Assembly (NCBI RefSeq): GCF_009834535.1
Contig: NC_045696.1
Location: 59,956,001 to 60,020,000 of the forward strand
Length of the DNA: 64,000 nucleotides
Direction of reading: 5' to 3'
Source of the DNA: Camelus ferus
Lineage: Eukaryota
Position numbers and translations under genes: made by a program. Position 1 is the stretch's first letter; every line of letters starts with the position of its first letter. Shown here in pieces: positions 54,059-64,000 of this stretch. A model generated the notes under the pieces. The model was not told the DNA's origin, made no database searches, and saw nothing but the letters and a program-made list of their open reading frames with translations.

Positions 54059-57000
54059 CAATACATGTATTAGTAGGTCAAGTAAGAAACGATATACCAC
54101 CTCAGAAGGTGATACAAAGGCATCTGATCAAATTCAAAACCCATCCCTGATTTTTAAAAAAATCAGAAACTTAAGAGTAGAGGAAAACTTCTTTTTATAA
54201 AAGTCACTTATTTCAAACCCAGGCCAGCCCTCCCACCCCCTGTCCCTGTCCCATTAATGTGGGGAGGGGTCTCTGGAGGCAGGAGCAACTGTGGTATTGA
54301 GGTTAAATCCACTGTCCCCCACTCCTTTCCCTCCCCCACCCCTCTACCCAACCCCATTTCCTCCTCCAAATCCCACCCCGCAACTGCACAAGCATCTTTG
54401 GTGAAATTTATCAGCCTTCTTTTCCTTCCTCTCTCAAACATCCAGGATAGATTTCTTTTGAACAAGAGCAGAACTAGTTGGTTTTCCTTGAATAGAAATA
54501 ACTTTATTTGGTCCTCACAGCCCTAAAAGACCCACTGGTCTCTTCTGATCGTTGCCTAGGGGCACACTGGATAAATGAAAAAAAAGGAAAACCCAGGGCC
54601 ACCAGCCCTAGAAGAAGGGCTTAGACCACAAAGGGGAGAAAAAGAGTCAAGGAGATTAACAAGGGAGAGTGGAGAAAACACAGGGATGTGGAGACTGTTC
54701 CCTAGCTCTGCTAAACACCATAACAACACTGGTTGTGAGACATCTTAAACCTGTAATATTTCCCTCACTTGCTAATTTGAACTCCCTGCTTCTTCTCTGT
54801 CACTGGCAGTAAAAACCGACAGAAATCGAGTGACTCGGAGCTGCACTGTGTCATTCTGAGAGGCACTAGCAGGAACAAATACCATTTGGGATAAGAATGG
54901 CAACTGGGATAGACGGGTGAGAAATTGGCAAGACCTGAGGTGCAGGGAAGAAAGGAAAGGCAGCTTTGGGGACCCATGGGGGTGAGAAAGATGGTTTTCC
55001 CCACCAGAGACCCCACCTGGAACCCTGGGCCCCTCACCTCCACCAGTGGTCGCCCTGTTGGGACTCCTGCCTTACACCCCCAGAGCTGGGGGACCCCAAT
55101 CTCACTGCCAGGCCTGCAGCAGGACCTCCAGGGTGCAACGCTGGACTCAGAACCCATTTTCCAGGAGGAACAAGCTGAGACCAACCACGGTGCATGCCTC
55201 CTTTCAGCAGGAAGAGCCCTTCCTGGGGCCAAACACTGACCAAGGTCTTACAATCCAGCCCACCGGGAAGTTGAGCCTGCCTGCCTCCTGCTTGTATCGA
55301 CAAACTCCTTGCTCATTTTAATATGAATCCATTCACTTGGTGACTTTCAAATAGGCACTTGAGACTTTTAAAAAAACAATGAGTGCAAGAAAAGAGTCAA
55401 GATGCCAGATCCATTTTTTGGTCAAATATCCTTAGTGGTCAGAAACCACTACCTGGAGGGTGGGGATCAAATCTAGAATGAAAATGACTCTCCTGCTCTC
55501 CTCAACCTTATCAGAGAGAAGTGCAGGCCCTGTGGCATGTCATTTGCTTTGATGTATAAAACTATTTCCATGAAATTTTGGAATTGCTGAACCTTGGAGC
55601 TGGAAGTGCTTTAGGATGAGCTAATCAAGTCACCTCATTTTATAGATGAAAACGTGAGAAAACAAAAGAGTGACCCAAAACAAGGAGCTCAGCCTACAAG
55701 TGAGTTCAGAAGGAGCAGTGGCCAGTCAGTGCCTGTCTGGAGTACCTACCTGGGGGTCCCTGCCCCACCCTAGACTCAGGGCCATGTGACCAGAAAGCTC
55801 TGGAGTCCTCTGGAGGAGATGTCCAACAGACCCTAGTCAGGAAGGAATCTGAGGTTGGATGTCTCATGTATGTCTCTGTCCCAGCCCACATAAATTCACC
55901 AACACCACTTTCCAATTACCAGGGCCTCATCACTGAGCCCTGGGACCTTGGGCCGGGGTCTCCGGCTCACGGCACTAAGGGCTCCTCCATTCTGACCCAC
56001 ATCAGACTGGGCTCTGGTCTTCCTCTGTGTCAGCCTAAAAGACCTTGGACATAATCCTGAAGAGCCTCCAAGGATGTGGCAGGCATCTGGCATGAAAACC
56101 TATTAAACAACTGCAAAATATCTGTCACACTGCATTCTTAATTGTTTCTGTAACTATTACATATTCACAAGCAATAGTAAAGGAGTTTCACTGTACTCAA
56201 GATAATTCCTCTAAAATTAGGTTGCTGTTGGGACAAATTCAAATTCAAGAAACCCTGCTCTAAGCATGTCCTAAACGCCAAGCACTGGGCCCGGGGACGC
56301 TGGAGATACAGAGAGGATTGACCCAGGCCTTGCTCCCTGGGAGCACATGGTCGGTGGGTACCAGGCAGCAGCCAGGCACTCCGGAACCAAGAGCACAGGC
56401 CGCGCTGACCGGTGCCCCTGTGCCAGCGTTACTCCCTTTGGCATCTCTCCTCTCTCCCCCTATTAACACTTCAGAGAGGCTGGATTTGGCTGGATGAGTC
56501 ACTCGGCACCAATAGCATTTTGAAAGGAAGGAAGCAATGAACAGAAAAGCTAAACAGCCGGAGTTCACAAATGTCAGAGTATTGTGTCTAGGTCATGGAA
56601 ATAGGCACGAGCAGCCCAGCCGGTGGCCACAACTTTTCTTGGTTGCTGTTTGCACCATGACTATTCCCAGCTCGACGTCAGTGGCCTGCAGCCCTTAATG
56701 TCTCTGAAGCCAGGGGTTTACTGCAAACCATCATCTGAAAATATGGTCTCCTTCTGAAACTCATTGACTCATCCCTCCCTTTATCAGTCATAGTCAGGCA
56801 GCCTCCACGTCCGGCCGATCCTTCCTGCAAGACATATGAAATGTTTCTCCTAAATCCAACCTTTCCTGCCTGCCACCTCCAGCCCTACACAGCCCCAGCC
56901 AGGTCTCGGCAGACTTCTGCAGTAGCCCTCCCCTCCCGCTGGCCTCCCTCCACTCAGCCTCTCCCCACTTCTGTCATCCCATGTGGCCAAGGTCACACAG

Positions 57001-57964
57001 CACCGACTGACACACACCTTCAACTGCTGGAATTTTCTGACCCAAAACATGCAATGGGATGACAGAGGCGAGTACCAAGCAGGAACGGCCCTGCTGGCAG
57101 GGGGAGAGGAGACACGGCACTCCTCAGTCGGGACAGTGGGAAACGCTTAATGAGTATATAGGATATGCACCCACCCTAGAAAGCACACGAACAAGAACAG
57201 ACCACGATACTTGGAACAGTTGATGTCTGTGCGTCCACCTTCATACGAGTGAGAAGCCAGGCAAGAGAAACAGAATCCTGAATCATATTTTAGTCACTGT
57301 TTTCACAACAGAAAATAAAAACATTTCATTATTCTTGTTTGGAGAAACAAGGTGGTAAGTGCTTCTGCCGATGCCCTGAACCCTGAACCACATCCTGCAC
57401 ATGTGTCACACAACAAAGTATTTCCACTACTGAATCTAGCAATTAAATAGTCATCGGTCTAAAGATGTTACCATGAAGTGTAAACACGAGCTCTAGGAAG
57501 GATCTGTCTCAGTTCCAATCTTAGACTGCCTTTCTGAACACCAGACATCAGATCACCCGACAATGCCAGCTTTACAGATATGACTTGTTTTTTTTTAAAC
57601 ACCAATTCATCCATTAGAATACTATGCAGCTTTAAAAAAGAATGTGCACGTTCCCTATTCCCCATGTACGAAAGAAATGAAGCTCACCCTGACAGATTTA
57701 CCACAGAGTTAACATAAAAGGCATGATGCAGAACAGTGCGTTTAGTGCTGCCTTTCAATAAAAACAGGGGAGGGAAATTTATAACGTGTACAGAAAATAC
57801 TCCAGATACATAAAAACCTGACAGGCATGATCTGAGCAGGGGAGGGGGTCAGGGCAAACATCCTGGACTGATGGGCAAAAAGAACAGAAAAGAAGAGAAA
57901 TCTCTCATCCTACATTTGTTATGCTTAAAAAAACTAGGTGAATAGATTACCTATTTTTAAAAGG

Positions 57965-58400
57965 CGACTGATTACCTCTACGGTCTTCCTCCAAAAATCC
58001 ATAACTCCAATCTAATCACAAGGAAAAACATCAGACAAATTCCAGTAGAGGGTCAGTCTACAAAATATCTCCTCAAAACCGTCAAGGTCATCAAAAGCAA
58101 AAAAGACTGAAAAACTGTCACAGCCAAGAGGAGCCTACAGAGGCAGGACAGCTCAACGTAACGTGGTATCCGGTACAGGATCCTAAGACAGAAAAGGGAC
58201 ATCAGGGAAGAACTAAAGAAATCTGCAGAAAGCATGGACTTTAGTTAATAATAACATGTTGATGTGGTTCAGTAATTGTAACAAAATACCATAAGAATAT
58301 AAGATGTAAGTAATACGCAAAACTGGAAGTGGGCGTATGGGAACTCTCTGTACTCTCGTCTCAAAATTTCTGTAAATCTAGAATAGTTTTACCTGTTTAA
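57965..58400 (+). mobile_element. Old LINE-1 fragment (L1MC-like 3' region)
   Basis: CTCCAATCTAATCA, GTCAAGGTCATCAAAA, GGATCCTAAGACAGAAAAGGGACAT, GGGAACTCTCTGTACT motifs. Confidence 0.65.
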
Positions 58401-58970
58401 AAAGTTGAGGGTTTTCTTTTAAAGGTCATTGAAACCATGGTGGGGGTGGGGGTGAGAAATCAACTGAGTACCAATCATCAGTCTGTATCAGGGACCAGAA
58501 GGTAAACAAGACCGGGGCAATTCACCATGCAGCGGGTGAGGCAGATCCCTCCCAGCCCCAGACAGAAGATGCTATGAGAACAAGGGAAGGAAAGGCCAAT
58601 TCTGCTCCATCTGAGGGATGCAGACAAGACTTCACAGAGGACAGGACATCTGGGCTGGAGCCATGGGATGAGGGGATATCCTGGCACAACAGATTCAAGG
58701 ACTTGTTCTGTCACTTATTGGTGACATGACCTTGGGCAAGTCACTTAACCTTTCCTGGCCTCAGCATCCTCATGCAAACAATTCAGGGGGGTAGACTAAA
58801 TGGCCTCTATCAGAGATTCCAGCTCAAAAAAAAAATCTCAACACATTCAAAAGGATTCTCTCCCCAGCCCGACCCAGAATGTTTCTTCCTCATAAACTAC
58901 ATGCAGTCACTGACCTCAAAGCTAGTTGGAGAAGGTGGCAAGGAGGTGGGTGGGACACTCCCCTTCCAAT

Positions 58971-58990
58971 ACACACACACACACACACAC
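58971..58990. repeat. (AC)10 microsatellite
   Basis: Perfect dinucleotide run read directly. Confidence 0.95.
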
Positions 58991-59014
58991 AAAGACCCAC
59001 AACCAAGACTTGTG

Positions 59015-59525
59015 TTCATCCATTCATTCAGCAACTATGAGTCAGGCACTGTTCTAGGCACAGAGGATACAGTGATAAATAAAAACAACAAAACTCCCTG
59101 CCTTCAGGGAGCTTACATCCTGGTTGTGGGGGTGGAATCCTCGTAGGGGGAGATGGACAATAAACCAGATGATGGTACATTAGATGGTGATAAATGCTAA
59201 GAAAGGAGAGGAGGTAGGAAGAACATGGGCCGGGAGGCTGCAGCGTGGGTGGGGAGAGAAAAGGCTGCAGGGTGGAGGAAGCTCTCCATGCAGAGACCTG
59301 GAGCAGGAGAGTGGAGGGCTGCAGCCGGAGCTGGAAGAACAGTGTGGCCAGCGGTGCCGGTGCTGGAGTGAAGTGGGCAAGGGGAAGTGGTGAGAAAGTC
59401 AGGGGGCAGTGGGATTTCATGGAGAGCCTAGCAGGGCACAGTCAGGACTTCTGGAAGCCACTGGAGGGTTTCAAGCAGATTGACAGCCTCTAACTTGAGT
59501 TTTAACAGATCACTCTGAGTGAGAG
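59015..59525. mobile_element. L2 fragment (similar L2-like pieces near 7860-8160, 18900-19160, 26000-26320, 51520-52000)
   Basis: TTCATCCATTCATTCAGCAA...AGGCACTGTTCTAGGCAC...CCCTGCCTTCAGGGAGCTTACAT...GAAGCCACTGGAGGGTTTCAAGCAG, typical L2 3'-end sequence. Confidence 0.65.
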
Positions 59526-62500
59526 TTGAGACCCTACAAGGGACAAGCAACCACCTCTGAAAATCTCTCGTGGGGTAGGGGAGGGACTCCAGTACGGAGT
59601 GCGGGCCACGCCACAGCCCCCTCCAAGCGCGGGCCATAGGGGAGGTGTCAGGGCCTGCCTGGGAGCAAACTTGGCACCACGTGGCCCCGGAATCAAGCTC
59701 TGCCTTCAGTAGAAACAAGAAGAGGCCTCACAAACAGGCCTGTGAAGAGTTCCTTTACGTTTATAAAGGCCATTAATCCCATTCCAACTAGAAAGAAAAC
59801 AAAGCCCTCCTACCTCCCCCCTCAAAAAATAAAGTAAAAAAAAATTTTTTTAACTTTAAAAAAAGGAAACAAAGCCCTCAGCCACAGCCAGTGGAAAACA
59901 CCTGCGAAGAGCCCCCCCGCAATTAACCGGGCTGCACACCACACGTGAAAGGGGCACTCGCTGTCCATGACGTTCTGTGTCATCATCGCACATTACTGAT
60001 GTCGTTAGAACTTCTCAGAACACTTCCCTGAGCTGGCTGAAGTAGCAGTTACCAGGGTAGGCAGGCACAAAGGGCCTTTGCCAACCACTCAGATACTTTA
60101 ATTCTCCGTTGCCTCAGTAGCTAAATAAGCATGGAGAACAAGCAGGAGAGGAATACTAATTAGAGCTAATTAGACCCTGCCCTCTTCTGCCTCAATCTCC
60201 TTTATTAAAAGCCCCCCTAATTCAAGGATGGTGGCGCTAAAGTGTAAACACCTCGGGTAAACAGCGGCCGACACACCAAGCCCCTGTTTGCGTTTCATTG
60301 TCCCGTCCTTTGTAAACCTTTGCCTGGTTACCTGAGAGCTGCAAAGCTAAGGCCACTTTCCAGCAGTCCCCTCACAGACCGAAAACGTGGTGGCGGGAAG
60401 TGCTGCCAACAGGAGTACAGTAAATAGGATAAAGGGTTCTCTTAGGATTTAGAGCATTGTAACGTGCAGGGCATTTGCTAAGAGAACATTTGAATTTTTT
60501 CTTTTTAATAAACTATGATAGCAAACATGACTCCAGTCCTGCAGCCAAATCAATGCCACATTCCTCCCTCCTACTGTGTAGAGACAAACGGCCTCACCCC
60601 AGAGAAACCCTTCGCTGGTTTCCTGGGAATACCACGCCCTTGGGTCCTGTCTAGAGGCCCTTGGCCAGGGGATAATAAGGAAAGCAGGAGATAACCCTGG
60701 GATGGGGGGGGGGGGTGGCAGGGGTGATCAGCCTGCCAGGGACTTGTTTGAAGTGAGTCCCCTTAAATTAAGTCTATTTCCTGCTGGATTAAGCATACAG
60801 ATGAAAGTGTGGTGTAAGCAACAGACGAGTGACTTGGCCACTGATCTAGGGACCCCCAGGCAGGCATGACCCTGCAGATCACCTTTTCCTTTTACTAGGT
60901 AATGAAGAGTTTTCTTTCAAATCATGTTCCTAGTAGCAAGACAAACTCTGGATAAAGTACCTCAGTGCATCATGAAAAAAAAGAAGAAAAGGGAAGGAAA
61001 AGAAAAACTGTTTCAAACTATGCTTGCAGTTTGCTCAGCTACATAGGGAAACTAGGAAAAATTACACAGATGTGTGTCACCCCTTCTAACCTTAAGACGC
61101 TCCAGAGCACTAAGAGGCAAGTGGCCAGGACTGGAGGCCAGAGATGGGTTTGCTCTACCACTGCTCTGCTCATCCATGGAGGGCTGGCTGAGCTCTAAAG
61201 CAATGGCAGGAGAAAAGAGAGCATCGCAGGAGTCGGAAATAAACCACTGCGGCTCAATGCTTTTTTTCCCTCCCTAAGCTGCTTCAGGTCGGACAGAGGA
61301 TACTGGACCAAAAACCTATGGGGTCGATGGACAAGGAGGATGGGCAAATAATCCTTTTGGGCCCACCCGAAAAATGGAGATCGTTGTGAGGATGCATGTG
61401 AGCTCTGAAAAACAGAAATCACAATGTAAGCGGAAAATGATGTATTGAAAGAATTACTTGCAACTGGAAGTATTTAAGTTTTTATTAGAATCACAGAACA
61501 TCAAGCTGTAAGGGAACTAAGAAGTCACCTCCTTCAGTAGCTCCCAAATTTTTGGATTTCGCACATCATTAAAATTTAAAAAGAAAAAACACAGAAAAAG
61601 AGAAGGTGAAATTTACATAGGACTGCCCGATTTTTTAATGTTGCCCAAAATGAAAATCTACCCTCTATTATTTATTATCACTACAAATTATTAAAAGAAG
61701 TTTTCCTACCAAAAAATAAAAAAAGACATAATTTCAAATTAAAGGATAGTCTTGTGAAGCAGGGGACTGTTGGCAATGTCACACACTTCTATGTGTGACA
61801 CAGGCTACACCTTTCTCTTTGTATTTCCCTGGGGACCCATGAAAACATCAGCGATGAGCACTGGTTGCCAGATGGGTGTTTGGAAACCTCTGATCTACTC
61901 CAAGCTCTGGAGTGATAAAAGAAGTCTTGCTACAGTAATAAGTATGAATTAGGGCTTGAAGGAAGTTTTTGTTTGCCCAGACTTCTCTCAGACGGAAACC
62001 TCTACTGCCTTCATGCAAATGAGACACAGTAAGGGGACACTCCTTCCCTCTGTCGGCAGCCAGACTCTTGGTTCACAAGAGCAATCAAGTATCTCGGGCT
62101 TGAAAGTTGAATGGAGCAAGCACTCCAACACAACTGTCCCCTACGGGAAAGGAGAAAGTTTGGAGCCTCCTGCTTTTGGGGGGCAGGGTGGGGGTAGCTC
62201 ATGTGCCTGGCAGCCCTAACGCCCAATAGAACATCCTCTCTCTGGGGCCTCCCAACTGCCACAACTAGCCCTCTCCTAATGACAAAAACTTAAAGCAGGT
62301 AAGCGAGGGCTCCTCACACAGCCGGCAGCCCAAGGCAGTGTCGCGCGAGTGCAGTCGCATAATCCCTGCCCTTTGCTCCGGAATCGTCCACAGTTAAGAG
62401 GAGTGTGCGGGACGGAGCGTTTGTAAACCGCGGGATAAAACCAGGCAGAAAGGAATCAGATCCGGATGTCCCAGGTGGGGCTGTGGTTTGGGATGCGGGT

Positions 62501-63149
62501 CTCCCCTCGAGTTTGCGGGGCTCGGGAGAGGAAGCTGGAAGAAGGCAGCTGGCCTCGGCGCGGTCAAATTCTAGGGATTAGCCACTGGGCCCTGAGCACC
62601 CATACTCCCAGGAGACGAGCCCTGAGGAGTAGCGGTGGCCCCCACACTTTGGCTCCAGCGAAGATTCCGTGTCACGCGCTTCCAGCGGCCCTTCGCCTCC
62701 CCGAGGCCAGGGCACCGGCTGCATCACTCAGCGCCTGCCAGCAGCTCGACAGCCCCAGGCCGGCCACAAGGGCCGCTTTGTGCCGGGGAATGCAGAGACC
62801 CGTCCCCAACGCGGTGCTGGCGGCGGCCCTCCCCGCGCACAGGGCGCGGGTGCTCGCGGGCTGGGTCAGCAGACGGGCAGGGCTGTTTACACAGGAAGGC
62901 TCCTCCTCGCCCGGGAGGCGACCGGAGGCGGACGACAGCCGGGCGGGAATGCAGCGGGCCGCGCGCGGGGTGGCGCACGCAGTTCGGAAGCCCTTACCCG
63001 GCAGTTCCCCGCGGCTCGCCCACCTGGGAGTCCCCGGGGGACGCCTTCCACCTTCAGATAACATCCCCTGCCCCAGCCCCTCCGAGATGCCTGCGGGCCG
63101 CTGGGTGCTCCACAAAGTTTCTTTCCGCACGGCGGGTGGCGCGGCTTAC

Positions 63150-63219
63150 CTGAGAGCCGGGGCACGAGCGCGCAGAGCCCGAGGAGGCAGGCGTACAGGG
63201 GAGCGGGGGCCCGCGGCAT
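63150..63219 (-). CDS. ITGB5: Integrin beta-5 coding exon 1 (signal peptide [24 protein letters not shown]), 70 nt
   Basis: ATG in CCACCATG context at 63219; hydrophobic signal peptide recognisable as the ITGB5 N-terminus; donor CAG|GTAAGC at 63149; phase 1 fits exon 2. Confidence 0.97.
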
Positions 63220-63234
63220 GGTGGGGCGCCCAGC

Positions 63235-63339
63235 TCAGCGGCGGCGCGAGCGGCGGACGGCGCGGGGGCGGAGGGCCGGGGACCGCGGCCGGGCGGGAGG
63301 CGGGGGCAGCTGCGCTGGCCCGCGCCCCGCCGCCACCAT
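63235..63339 (-). other. Upstream ORF (34 aa, MVAAGRGPAQLPPPPARPRSPALRPRAVRRSRRR*) in the presumed ITGB5 5'UTR
   Basis: ATG at 63339 in GGGATGG context (G at -3 and +4); TGA at 63237-63235; same frame as the main ATG and ends 15 nt upstream of it; TSS not visible. Confidence 0.6.
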
Positions 63340-64000
63340 CCCTCCCGCAGCGCTCGCCGCCGAGTCCCCGGGCCGCCGCTGCGCCGACTCGCCGGCCAGG
63401 ACGCTCGGGGTGTCGCCGCTAGGGACAGCCCCGGCGGGCGGCTCCGGGCAGAGGGGACGGCTGGCTTCTGAGCAGCGGCCGCGACTTCGGCTCCGGGACG
63501 CTGTCCGCGCTGAGGCTCCCCAACACGCCGCCACACACTGCAGTCGCCTCCGCCCCTTCCCTTCCTCCCTCCGGCCCGCCAGACTCTACTTTCCTCCTCT
63601 CCTTACTCCTCCCCTTCTTTCCCCTTCCCGGCCCCCGCCCGGCTGCCACACGGTCAGTTTACGGCGAGGCGGGGCGGGGCGATCTCCGCCCCGCGCGGCG
63701 GCGGGCCCGGGACCGGAGGCCGAGGGCGTCCAGGTGGAAGTCGCTTCCGGCGCACCTAGGGGCGGGGACGGTGATCAAAATCTCGGGGTAGGGCCTGGCT
63801 GGGCTTTCCTAGCAGCTGGGCCATACTGGAAGGGGGCGGGGCACGCTCCACAGGCAAGACGAGCTTACTTGGGGTTTCTAGACTTCAGGAGTGGGGTTCG
63901 GGGAGGGGGAATCATGCGGTGGCCATCTCGTCCTCCTAAAGCCGCGCTCGCCCAAGGGGTGGAGGCCCCTCTCATGTCACTGCGAGGCGACGCGCTCCGT

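Larger units (their letters stand above)
62330..64000. promoter_or_regulatory. CpG island and TATA-less GC-rich promoter/5'UTR of ITGB5
   Basis: Very dense CpG around exon 1; tandem GC boxes (GGGCGGGG) near 63668-63692; inverted ETS-like pair GGAAGT/CTTCCGG at 63736-63750; no TATA box noticed; boundaries approximate. Confidence 0.88.

Noticed and set aside
62466..63422. 318-aa plus-strand ORF and other overlapping long ORFs across the CpG island
   Set aside because: Low-complexity Ala/Arg/Gly/Pro translations are expected in stop-poor GC-rich DNA; no recognisable domain; antisense to exon 1

Overview
Mammalian (eukaryotic) genomic DNA containing the promoter and first eight coding exons of integrin beta-5 (ITGB5) on the minus strand. 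The exons are 70, 86, 205, 250, 169, 162, 96 and 90 nt, all with GT-AG introns. They join into one open frame of 1128 nt (376 aa) covering the signal peptide, PSI domain, start of the hybrid domain and the beta-I domain with its MIDAS motif. The gene continues beyond position 1. Intron 2 holds a decayed, intronless ENO1 retrocopy with its 3'UTR and poly(A) signal. The introns also carry tRNA-Ala-derived SINEs (suggesting a camelid), a young 5'-inverted L1 with TSDs, two ERV solo LTRs with 4-bp TSDs, and many old L1/L2/MIR/MaLR fragments. I see no wholly new multi-gene system, and nearly all ORFs in the track are spurious. The best leads are regulatory: a strong-Kozak uORF in frame with and ending 15 nt before the ITGB5 start; a 5' splice site regenerated at the exon 3/4 junction; a candidate intronic terminal exon that uses the retrocopy's poly(A) signal; an intragenic CpG-rich element; and motif-dense intron 1 segments.
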